Assembly (NCBI RefSeq): GCF_001642725.1
Contig: NZ_LSUQ01000010.1
Location: forward strand, 1 to 64,000
Source of the DNA: Ferroacidibacillus organovorans
GTDB taxonomy: Bacteria; Bacillota; Bacilli; Alicyclobacillales; SLC66
Direction of reading: 5' to 3'
DNA: 64,000 bases
This document shows, piece by piece, positions 1 through 7,657 of this stretch (position 1 is the stretch's first letter; each line of letters opens with the position of its first letter). Both the position numbers and the translations under genes were made by a program. The notes beneath the pieces are model-generated. The model was not told the origin of the DNA. It did no database searches and worked only from the letters and a program-made list of their open reading frames with translations.

Positions 1-3
1 CAT

Positions 4-87
4 GGAGGGGTACCAAAGTGGCCAACTGGGGCGGACTGTAAATCCGTTGCGCAAGCTTCGTAGGTTCGAATCCTACCCCCTCCACCA
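4..87 (+). tRNA. tRNA-Tyr (GTA)
   Basis: GGAGGGG/CCCCTCC acceptor stem, anticodon arm GCGGA-CTGTAAA-TCCGT, long variable arm, GGTTCGAATCC, encoded CCA. Confidence 0.96.
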
Positions 88-94
88 TACATTT

Positions 95-169
95 TGGGGA
101 GTCGCCAAGTGGTAAGGCAACGGACTTTGACTCCGTCACTCGTAGGTTCGATCCCTACCTCCCCAGCCA
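95..169 (+). tRNA. tRNA-Gln (TTG)
   Basis: TGGGGAG/CTCCCCA acceptor stem, anticodon loop CTTTGAC, GGTTCGATCC, CCA end. Confidence 0.96.
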
Positions 170-176
170 GAAGTTC

Positions 177-252
177 GCTCCCATAGCTCAGTAGGTAGAG
201 CGCATCCATGGTAAGGATGAGGTCACCAGTTCGAATCTGGTTGGGAGCTCCA
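177..252 (+). tRNA. tRNA-Thr (GGT)
   Basis: GCTCCCA/TGGGAGC acceptor stem, CATCC-ATGGTAA-GGATG anticodon arm, CCA end. Confidence 0.96.
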
Positions 253-260
253 TATCCTAT

Positions 261-336
261 CGCGGGGTGGAGCAGTTGGCAGCTCGTCGGGCTCATAACC
301 CGAAGGTCGCAGGTTCGAGTCCTGCCCCCGCAACCA
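261..336 (+). tRNA. initiator tRNA-fMet (CAT)
   Basis: C1:A72 mismatch, three consecutive G-C pairs in anticodon stem (TCGGG-CTCATAA-CCCGA), CCA end. Confidence 0.95.
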
Positions 337-384
337 ACACCTTATAATGCGTGATTCCTTCGTTTGGTTTATAATACGACATAG

Positions 385-460
<76 letters not shown>

Positions 461-464
461 TTGT

Positions 465-539
465 GGCGCCATAGCCAAGTGGTAAGGCCAAGGTCTGCAA
501 AACCTTCACTCCCCGGTTCGAATCCGGGTGGCGCCTCCA
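465..539 (+). tRNA. tRNA-Cys (GCA)
   Basis: GGCGCCA/TGGCGCC acceptor stem, anticodon loop CTGCAAA, U73 discriminator, CCA end. Confidence 0.96.
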
Positions 540-554
540 TTCACAGGTTGTTGT

Positions 555-593
555 AAGAGTGGTCTCTCTACATACTGAGAGACCACTCTTTCT
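555..593. terminator. probable (bidirectional) intrinsic terminator between tRNA cluster and convergent operon
   Basis: 14-bp perfect stem AAGAGTGGTCTCTC / GAGAGACCACTCTT followed by T-rich bases. Confidence 0.8.
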
Positions 594-599
594 ATGAAT

Positions 600-887
600 T
601 CAAGGACGATTTTTTACAGGGTTTTCTTTTTTGGAGAGGGTACCCATTCGATTTAATTTTGGTTGTAAACTTTGATCTGATTTTTTTACGCGATGCCTCC
701 ACATTGATGCAGCGAGTGGACTAGCTGTTGCATACAGTGAAATGGATAATAAGGTTGCGCCAATGAATCCAGTCACCCAACCACCATCAATTACTGAATT
801 ATAAATCAACCCTGTCGCATAAACACCTACAATACAAAATACACCAACTACCCATCTTTTAGGAACCAAAACTTTATGTTGTTTCAT
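600..887 (-). CDS. small two-TM membrane protein (95 aa), last gene of the cytochrome b operon
   Basis: ORF 600..956; start re-placed at ATG 887 (MKQHK, GGAAGG upstream, overlaps stop of upstream gene); two hydrophobic segments. Confidence 0.6.
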   Translation of the reverse strand: MKQHKVLVPKRWVVGVFCIVGVYATGLIYNSVIDGGWVTGFIGATLLSISLYATASPLAASMWRHRVKKSDQSLQPKLNRMGTLSKKENPVKNRP

Positions 888-1863
888 GACTTTTTTCACG
901 CCTTCCATTGCCATATTCACGATAGTACCTTCGCCAAATGAGCTTGTAAATTCCAATCCATCTAGGAATGGAACGCACCACTGGAATAAACGGTGTCAGC
1001 ATTAGTAATACAGTAACAATTCCCACCGTTAATACAACCAACAAATCTGCGGAGGATGATGTTGAAAATGGGGGGATCTGATACAGTAGTGTGTAGTACC
1101 ATAGCCAAACTGCACCTGGATAGTTTCCGGTCTCCTTAATAATTCCCCACTGATTACCCGTCATATCGAGTTGGTTTGCGTATTGTTCATCGGGAGTTGC
1201 TTGAAACAACAACAGGGACTTGGTTCTGTTCATCGCAGGCATGGGTCCCGTAGCGCCGTCGATTGCAGATTCAAGTAATCCTGTTCGTGCTAGCGCAAGG
1301 TACGCATTGATCAGTTGTGGCACCGGTCCGTAATCCGTTGTCATATTTCCTGGCAGGATGAGTTTGCCATTTGTAATTTTCGCCTTGTTTAAAGCGTTGC
1401 TTACTGTGTCTGCCCAGTGGATCTGCGTTGAACGTGTCGCATGGTTCCACGCGGTTAGAGGAGCCTCTAAGGATGGTGCGATTGGAAGAAATCGGGTCAG
1501 TGGACCAATGACATTGTCTTGCGCTGAGTTCACGGGTATTTGTACCCCTGCCCATGACTCTGGTGAGATCGGCCCTAGATGTTGCGCTGCATTAGGCGTA
1601 TGGTTATAGGGTGGGCCATATGTAGAAATTGCATCTTGCAAAGAAAGATCATCGAGAGCGGTTTGTATGAGAAGTTTGGGATCTTGTTGTACCACTTGCT
1701 TTGCAGTTAATGCAGGTACATCTGGTGTAGAAAATATTCCTGCAAGGACAAGTACGATAACACCGATCACACTTAACGCAACGAGCATTTCTTTGATCAG
1801 GTCGTATGGCACTTGGGGATATTGGCTATTGGTGTTTGTCCACGTTCTGCGCAATCGACTCAT
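874..1863 (-). CDS. membrane protein resembling cytochrome b6 subunit IV with a large inserted extracytoplasmic domain
   Basis: N-terminal TM (YDLIKEMLVALSVIGVIVLVLAG), ~200-aa soluble region, C-terminal PGAVWLWYYTLLYQIP and LLMLTPFIP TM region; directly follows cytochrome b gene; start uncertain (ATG 1863 or TTG 1854 after AAGGAG). Confidence 0.65.
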   Translation of the reverse strand: MSRLRRTWTNTNSQYPQVPYDLIKEMLVALSVIGVIVLVLAGIFSTPDVPALTAKQVVQQDPKLLIQTALDDLSLQDAISTYGPPYNHTPNAAQHLGPISPESWAGVQIPVNSAQDNVIGPLTRFLPIAPSLEAPLTAWNHATRSTQIHWADTVSNALNKAKITNGKLILPGNMTTDYGPVPQLINAYLALARTGLLESAIDGATGPMPAMNRTKSLLLFQATPDEQYANQLDMTGNQWGIIKETGNYPGAVWLWYYTLLYQIPPFSTSSSADLLVVLTVGIVTVLLMLTPFIPVVRSIPRWIGIYKLIWRRYYREYGNGRREKSHETT

Positions 1864-2467
1864 CTCCTTCAAGCGGATGTGAAAATGGTTCCACGACACC
1901 GTGCATTCGGACGAGCATTAAATGAACAATTAGCAGAACAATAATCGCCATGGGTAATACAAAAATATGAAGACCATACATTTGACCAAAATTTAGAATG
2001 TTGAAGAATCCGTCAATTCCTGTGGCATTCATCGCGTCTTTTCCTTGTACACCGATCCATTGTGCATCAAAGTTGGTCTGTGATAGATAGCCTGTCAATG
2101 CGGCGACAATGGAAACAAGAAACAATAACCATCCGCCAATCCACGTCCAGTGGCGGCCACCGCGCCATGCCGCCATCAAAAACTGTGCCCATAGGTGTAG
2201 AATCATGAAAAAAAAGAATGCCTGCACGGACCAGAAGTGCATACTGTTAAAGAAGTGACCAACGGTTGAAACATGCCACCAATCAGGTCCGAAGACCGCC
2301 AGTATCGTGCCTGTAACGATAAGCCATACCAATGCAGCAACCGTTAAAATTCCGAATAGATACACATACGAATCAACATATGCAGGCATTGTATCCGGTA
2401 AAAGATTTTCCATAGGTAAAACATCTTGGATCCACAAACGGATCGTTTTTGTCAGATTTGTTTTCAT
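1826..2467 (-). CDS. cytochrome b/b6 N-terminal domain protein
   Basis: four TM helices; heme-ligand His pairs HFWSVQAFFFFMILH and HIFVLPMAIIVLLIVH; TWIGG and TGY motifs; GGGAGG RBS. Confidence 0.88.
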   Translation of the reverse strand: MKTNLTKTIRLWIQDVLPMENLLPDTMPAYVDSYVYLFGILTVAALVWLIVTGTILAVFGPDWWHVSTVGHFFNSMHFWSVQAFFFFMILHLWAQFLMAAWRGGRHWTWIGGWLLFLVSIVAALTGYLSQTNFDAQWIGVQGKDAMNATGIDGFFNILNFGQMYGLHIFVLPMAIIVLLIVHLMLVRMHGVVEPFSHPLEGDESIAQNVDKHQ

Positions 2468-2619
2468 TTATTGTCCTCCCTTGGAAACGGAAGTACCAAT
2501 GCCAATGCAAAAACAATCACCATCAGCGCTACAACAATCATGTCTGCGACAGAGAGATTTAACCACTGATATTGCCATGCCCAGCCAGCATGTATTGGCG
2601 GTTGTAATTGACCGTTCAT
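2464..2619 (-). CDS. unannotated 51-aa single-TM membrane peptide (MNGQLQPPIHAGWAWQYQWLNLSVADMIVVALMVIVFALALVLPFPREDNK)
   Basis: translated by hand; AAGGGG RBS upstream; its TGA overlaps the cytochrome b ATG (ATGA); below the ORF-track cutoff. Confidence 0.75.
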   Translation of the reverse strand: MNGQLQPPIHAGWAWQYQWLNLSVADMIVVALMVIVFALALVLPFPREDNK

Positions 2620-2896
2620 CTGTTAATCCCCTTTTCATTTCTAAATTTAATGTACCTCAGCGATTATTTTTTAAACAGAAACAAATCCTTCAATTGATGA
2701 AGACGAACGATTCGATCGCAATTCGTAGAATCATGCTGATTCGAGATAATCCAATTCGTTGATTTTTGAAAATGTCACCTTTTTCCGAAGATAGACATAG
2801 TATATCAAAAATGCTGAGTCTTGCGGACAAGCGTGATTTTCAATAAATGGCTATGCATTTTGAAGTAGAACGAGCCATAGCGAAAGGGAGTCTACG

Positions 2897-4012
2897 ATGT
2901 CAGTTTATCGCGGCAAACATATGTGGATATGGGAAGTGGCAAGTACGCTCAGCGGAGATGTTCAATCCATCATTTCTTTGGGACAACGTCTCGGCATTGA
3001 TGGTTTTCTCGTGAAGAGCCATGATGGAACCACCGTTTTGTCACAATTTTCGAAGGTTGTTAAACCACTTCAACAGGCAGGATTTATGGTTGGTGCATGG
3101 GGTTTTGTCTACGGCAGTCAACCGACAGCGGAAGCACAAGCCGCACAGCAGGGAATTGATGCGGGGGCAGACTGGTATGTGATTGATGCAGAGACGGCGT
3201 ATGATGGAAAGGCGCCGGAGGCAACAGTATTTGGACATGCGCTACGCACAAAAAACCCTCATCTCGTGATCGGATACGCACCTTTTGCGTTCCCAAGTCT
3301 TCATCCGCAATTCCCATACACAGCGTTTAGCGCATTTTGTGACGTATGTCTCCCGCAAATTTATTGGGCGGAATTTGGTCAGACAGTTACAAGTGCATTC
3401 GATCAATCAATCGCTGAATTAAAGCCGCTGGGTCACCCGATTGCCCCGATTGGTCAGTCTTTCGCAGCGGCAACAGCCGCAGAGATAGAACAGTTTGCCG
3501 TATTAGCCCATCAGGCTTTATGTCCCGGGATCAGTTACTATGACCTGCAATCGGCAAGCAGTGTGCAACTTCAGGCCATCAAAAATGTAACTGTGTATCC
3601 CGCGCCGTCGTATGCACACGCGTCTGCGACCTCAGGATCAACGCCTGCGACCTCAGGATCAACGTCTGCGACCTCAGGATCAACGCCTGCGACCTCAGGA
3701 TCAACGTCTGCGACCTCAGGATCAACGTCGACGCCAACTTCAGCGGCTGGGTCGTCATCCGCATCGACAACGCCAAGCGTTACACCATCACCATCGGCGG
3801 TGACGCGCTCACTGCCTGTCACTCCGTCTGACGTTTCAACGTCAGACTGGTTTTATGCGGCTGTTACAGATCTTCTCAAGCTGGGAATCGTGACTGCGTA
3901 TCAAGATGGGTTGTTTAAGCCAAACGAAACGATCACCCGCGCACAAGCTGCGGATTGGATTAATCGCCTGCGAATCTATCTTGAAAAGGCATCAGGTTTG
4001 CCGATTGCGTAA
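2897..4012 (+). CDS. putative TIM-barrel glycoside hydrolase (GH25/lysozyme-like) with Ser/Thr-rich linker and C-terminal SLH domain
   Basis: LVKSHDG, VIDAE (DxE), PQIYW motifs; SLH-like DVSTSDWFYAAV...GLFKPNETITRAQAA; AAGGGAG RBS. Confidence 0.7.
   Translation: MSVYRGKHMWIWEVASTLSGDVQSIISLGQRLGIDGFLVKSHDGTTVLSQFSKVVKPLQQAGFMVGAWGFVYGSQPTAEAQAAQQGIDAGADWYVIDAETAYDGKAPEATVFGHALRTKNPHLVIGYAPFAFPSLHPQFPYTAFSAFCDVCLPQIYWAEFGQTVTSAFDQSIAELKPLGHPIAPIGQSFAAATAAEIEQFAVLAHQALCPGISYYDLQSASSVQLQAIKNVTVYPAPSYAHASATSGSTPATSGSTSATSGSTPATSGSTSATSGSTSTPTSAAGSSSASTTPSVTPSPSAVTRSLPVTPSDVSTSDWFYAAVTDLLKLGIVTAYQDGLFKPNETITRAQAADWINRLRIYLEKASGLPIA
3621..3729 (+). repeat. intragenic tandem repeat, 5 x 21 bp (CG[T/C]CTGCGACCTCAGGATCAA)
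   Basis: five exact units alternating T/C at one position, encoding (S/P)ATSGST. Confidence 0.95.
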
Positions 4013-5173
4013 ACGATCGATTTTTTTCGCGATTTGTGATGCGATGTCGCTAAGTTCATCCTTTGAAGTCACCATTGCAAAACGTACGTAACCCTCACCA
4101 GAAGGACCAAAACCAACACCTGGGACGCTGACGACACCGGTTTCTTCTAGCAGTCGACGAGCAAATGTTCGTGAATCTTGTCCGAACGTATGCGCGAATA
4201 CGAACATTGTGCCTTCAGGTATACGGATGTCCCATCCAGCAGCATGCAGAGGCGCGAGAAATTGATCGCGCCTCTCTTTATACATGGCGCGTAGCGATCG
4301 ATGATGTCCGCGATCATTATCGAGGGTAGCCATCGCGGCTTTTTGGATAGGCATAAAAATTCCGTAATCCACCTGTGATTTTACAATTCGAAGTGCCTCA
4401 AGCATATCCTGTTGGCCAACGGCGAACGCGACGCGAGCACCTGCAAAATTGAATGTCTTTGAAAGCGAGTGCAGTTCAATTCCTAGTTCCTTAGCACCTG
4501 GAACGGAAAGAAACGATGGGGTTTGGTGTTCATCAAACTGCAACTCGATATACGTTGCGTCATGGATGATTGCGATCTCGTGAAGACGCGCGAAATGGAT
4601 GGCTTCTTCAAAAACGCGTCGTGATCCGACAGCCGTTGTCGGATTTCCCGGGAAGTTTAAAATCATGAGTTTTGCACGTTCAGCGATGGTCGACGGAATC
4701 ATTGACCAATCAGGGAGAAAATCATGCTCCCCCCGCAGCGGATAAAAATAAGGTGTTGCGCCGGCGAGATGCACGGCGACCTCGTAGATTGGATATCCAG
4801 GATCAGGAATCAAAACAATATCGCCGGGATCGACCAGTGCGAGCGTGATGTGGGAGAGACCGTCTTGTGCGCCGATGAGCGGAAGCACTTCACATTCAGG
4901 ATCAACCTGTACGCCGTATTGAGCGGCCATGAAGCGAGAGATGCATGCTCGGAAATCTGTCAATCCTTCTGTTCGTTGGTAAGAAAATGAAGAGGGGTCT
5001 AGTAAGGCTTCTCGCAATACGTCAATGCTGTGCAGTGGCGGTGGAAGATCGGGGGAACCGATGCCTAAGGGAAAAACGGGCAATCCATCCTGTTTTCGCT
5101 TTTCTGTGAGATTGGATAATTCATAGAAAACAGCGGATGAAAATAAGTTGAGCCGTTTCGATCTCAGATTCAC
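3992..5173 (-). CDS. PLP-dependent class I/II aminotransferase (LL-DAP aminotransferase/MtnE-like)
   Basis: LGIGSPD, PDPGYP, NFPGNPT, HDATY, SLSKTF (PLP lysine), GEGYVRF; AGGAGG RBS before GTG. Confidence 0.88.
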   Translation of the reverse strand: MNLRSKRLNLFSSAVFYELSNLTEKRKQDGLPVFPLGIGSPDLPPPLHSIDVLREALLDPSSFSYQRTEGLTDFRACISRFMAAQYGVQVDPECEVLPLIGAQDGLSHITLALVDPGDIVLIPDPGYPIYEVAVHLAGATPYFYPLRGEHDFLPDWSMIPSTIAERAKLMILNFPGNPTTAVGSRRVFEEAIHFARLHEIAIIHDATYIELQFDEHQTPSFLSVPGAKELGIELHSLSKTFNFAGARVAFAVGQQDMLEALRIVKSQVDYGIFMPIQKAAMATLDNDRGHHRSLRAMYKERRDQFLAPLHAAGWDIRIPEGTMFVFAHTFGQDSRTFARRLLEETGVVSVPGVGFGPSGEGYVRFAMVTSKDELSDIASQIAKKIDRLRNRQT

Positions 5174-5340
5174 GAGAAGTGCCTCCTATCCTATTTTTAG
5201 ATCTTAACGCAATGCTCACAACGTTGCAAAATGCGTATGCGGCTGAGAATGCAGGAGGGGTGTGGGGCAATCGATCACTTGCATGGAATTAGGCCATCGT
5301 ATAGGCTTAAGAAAAGGTTGAAACACAGGGGAGTCAAGAA

Positions 5341-6636
5341 TTGATACAAACGGATATCATCGTGATTGGTGGCGGCCCAGCGGGTCTCATGGCGGCCATT
5401 GCCGCCGCCCAATCGGGGGCGAACGTGACGATGCTAGAAAAAGGTGATCGTCTTGGACGCAAATTGCTGATCTCAGGCGGCGGGCGCTGTAACGTGACAA
5501 ACGCTAAAGGGACAGAGCATATTCTTCACAACATACCAGGGAATGGCCGTTTTTTACACAGTGTATTCTCGCAGTGGTCGAGCTATGAGATCATTCATTT
5601 TTTTGAATCGCGGGGCGTCAAACTAAAAGAAGAGGATCGGGGGCGTCTTTTCCCTGTCACCGATCGCGCGCAAACGGTTCTTGACGCGGTATTGCGTGAA
5701 TTGGAGCGTCAGGATGTGAAGATCCGCTATGCGTCTCACGTCAGTCATATCCTCGGTGAGGGTGGCGGTGTCGCGGGTGTTCTTTTACAAACTGGAGAGC
5801 GCGTAAAAGCGCGGGCAATCGTTCTTGCAACAGGTGGCTGTAGCGCTCCGCTCACAGGCTCTACAGGGGATGGGTATGTGATGGCGGAAGAGCATGGTCA
5901 TACGATTGTGGCGCCTTATCCCACATCGGTCGCACTCGTATCACACGATGTGCTCATTCAAGAAAAAAGATTGCAGGGGCTTTCTTTAAAAAGTGTGAAG
6001 GCAACACTTTTTGATGAGCGAGGCAAACGCGTTATTCAAGAAGAAGGAGATTTACTTTTTACGCACTTTGGTTTGTCTGGTCCGCTCGCGCTGAGATTAA
6101 GTCACAGTGTCGTGACGCGACAAATGAAAACAGGTAAACAGCCATTAATGGTACAATTAGATCTGTTGCCAGGATTTACAAAGGAAGCTTTTATGCAAAT
6201 GCTTGATGAGAACCGTGATGCGCATTCAAAAAAATCGGTGCGCAGCATGCTGAGGGAGATTGTGCCTGAACGTTTGGCAGATGTTGTCTTTGAACGCTGT
6301 GGATTCAAAGCTTCGGTCACACTTCGCGAACTTTTGTCAAAGAATGGAGAAGAAATTGTCGATCAGTTGAAGCGATTTGAAGTAGTGGTCCATGATACAC
6401 TTGGGTTGGCAAAATCGACAGTGACAGGCGGTGGAATACGTCTTTCAGAAGTCGATCCGCGCACACTGCAATCTAAACAAATACGCGGACTATTTTTTGC
6501 TGGTGAAATTCTCGATGTGCATGCCCATACAGGAGGGTATAATATTACTGTAGCTTTTACGACGGGACATGTCGCAGGAACGCATGCGGCGAGTTTCGCT
6601 CTTCAGCAAGATGCGGATAGGGGAGTACATTCCTGA
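5341..6636 (+). CDS. NAD(P)/FAD-dependent oxidoreductase, HI0933/YtfP (BaiN-like) family
   Basis: GGGPAG, GRKLLISGGGRCNVTN, GSTGDG, LFTHFGLSGP, TGGYN motifs. Confidence 0.92.
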   Translation: MIQTDIIVIGGGPAGLMAAIAAAQSGANVTMLEKGDRLGRKLLISGGGRCNVTNAKGTEHILHNIPGNGRFLHSVFSQWSSYEIIHFFESRGVKLKEEDRGRLFPVTDRAQTVLDAVLRELERQDVKIRYASHVSHILGEGGGVAGVLLQTGERVKARAIVLATGGCSAPLTGSTGDGYVMAEEHGHTIVAPYPTSVALVSHDVLIQEKRLQGLSLKSVKATLFDERGKRVIQEEGDLLFTHFGLSGPLALRLSHSVVTRQMKTGKQPLMVQLDLLPGFTKEAFMQMLDENRDAHSKKSVRSMLREIVPERLADVVFERCGFKASVTLRELLSKNGEEIVDQLKRFEVVVHDTLGLAKSTVTGGGIRLSEVDPRTLQSKQIRGLFFAGEILDVHAHTGGYNITVAFTTGHVAGTHAASFALQQDADRGVHS

Positions 6637-7004
6637 TGGATTGCATCGTTATGGACGATCTAGCGTTTTATGGTCGTCACGGCGTGTATGGAGAAGAGAC
6701 GACACTTGGTCAACGATTCGTTGTTACTTTGCGTTTATATGGAGATTTTCAAGAGGCTGCCACGTTTGACGACGTGACAGCAACCGTTGACTACGGAAAA
6801 GTATATGAGGTCGTAAAACTCATTGTCGAAGGTTCTCCTGTAAAACTTGTCGAAACCGTTGCGCAACGTATCGCGCAGGCGATCTTAGAATCGTTTTCGC
6901 GAATTCTAACCGTTACCGTTCGAGTCGAAAAACCGGGGGCGCCCATTCAAGGTGTTTTTGGAACCGTCGGAGTTGAGATGACGCGTTCTCAGAATGAATC
7001 ATGA
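6636..7004 (+). CDS. folB: dihydroneopterin aldolase
   Basis: FYGRHGV..EE..LGQRF, TVDY, LVETVA, KPGAP motifs. Confidence 0.9.
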   Translation: MDCIVMDDLAFYGRHGVYGEETTLGQRFVVTLRLYGDFQEAATFDDVTATVDYGKVYEVVKLIVEGSPVKLVETVAQRIAQAILESFSRILTVTVRVEKPGAPIQGVFGTVGVEMTRSQNES

Positions 7005-7018
7005 GGGAGGCATCTATT

Positions 7019-7132
7019 ATGCAGCGCGCAATGTGGATTGTTATGGGCGTTCTCGCCGTCATCGTCGCCTATTTTACCTTTACTTCACCTCAATGGACGA
7101 CCATTTCTTTGGTCCATCCGTTCTTTGTATAA
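7019..7132 (+). CDS. unannotated 37-aa hydrophobic peptide (MQRAMWIVMGVLAVIVAYFTFTSPQWTTISLVHPFFV)
   Basis: strong GGGAGG RBS 8 nt upstream of ATG; fills the folB-thioesterase gap; stop 1 nt before next ATG. Confidence 0.6.
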   Translation: MQRAMWIVMGVLAVIVAYFTFTSPQWTTISLVHPFFV

Positions 7133-7133
7133 G

Positions 7134-7643
7134 ATGAGTATGGAAGCGAAACCTGTCTCTGCTTCACGCACAACGATGTCCGATCTCGTGTTGCCTCCAG
7201 ACACAAATAATCACGGAACGATTTTTGGTGGACGCGTGATGGCGTATGTTGATAAACTTGCGAGTATCACTGCCATGCGTCACGCGCGAATGCCTGTTGT
7301 CACGGCGTCGAGTGACAGTCTCGATTTTCTTGCACCGATTCGTGTGGGAGAAGCGATTATCTTAGAGGCGTTTGTCACATGTACATACAAGACGTCCATG
7401 GAGATTTTCTGTAAGATTGAATCTGAAAATCTACTCACTGGGGAACGCCGCCTTACAGGAGCGTCGTATCTCACGTTTGTTGGTCTGGGCCCAGACGGGA
7501 AACCAGCGACAGTTCCTCCTGTTTATCCGGAAACCGATGAAGAAAAACGGCACTATGAAACAGCTCCAGAGCGTCGCGCACATCGTATCGAGCGCCGTCT
7601 CGCGAAACGCGAAGTTCTTGAAGTGAGTCATCCTGCCCAGTAG
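7134..7643 (+). CDS. acyl-CoA thioesterase (hotdog fold, YciA/YkhA-like)
   Basis: VLPPDTNNHGTIFGG, VVTAS, DFLAPI, TSMEI motifs; start re-placed at ATG 7134 (or 7140). Confidence 0.9.
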   Translation: MSMEAKPVSASRTTMSDLVLPPDTNNHGTIFGGRVMAYVDKLASITAMRHARMPVVTASSDSLDFLAPIRVGEAIILEAFVTCTYKTSMEIFCKIESENLLTGERRLTGASYLTFVGLGPDGKPATVPPVYPETDEEKRHYETAPERRAHRIERRLAKREVLEVSHPAQ

Positions 7644-7657
7644 GAGTTGAGACACAC

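Noticed and set aside
337..384. Two TTATAAT motifs in the fMet-Phe tRNA spacer as an internal promoter
   Set aside because: No convincing -35; AT-rich spacers give such matches by chance
2208..2215. A8 homopolymer in cytochrome b as a phase-variation tract
   Set aside because: Encodes a Phe run in a TM helix and the frame is intact
2307..2762. 151-aa plus-strand ORF
   Set aside because: Antisense to cytochrome b and the 51-aa peptide; no RBS or motif
465..2900. Intact integrative element or prophage at tRNA-Cys
   Set aside because: No integrase, phage gene or duplicated tRNA 3' end visible
3621..3729. 21-bp repeats as a CRISPR array
   Set aside because: No spacers, in-frame within a CDS, no cas genes
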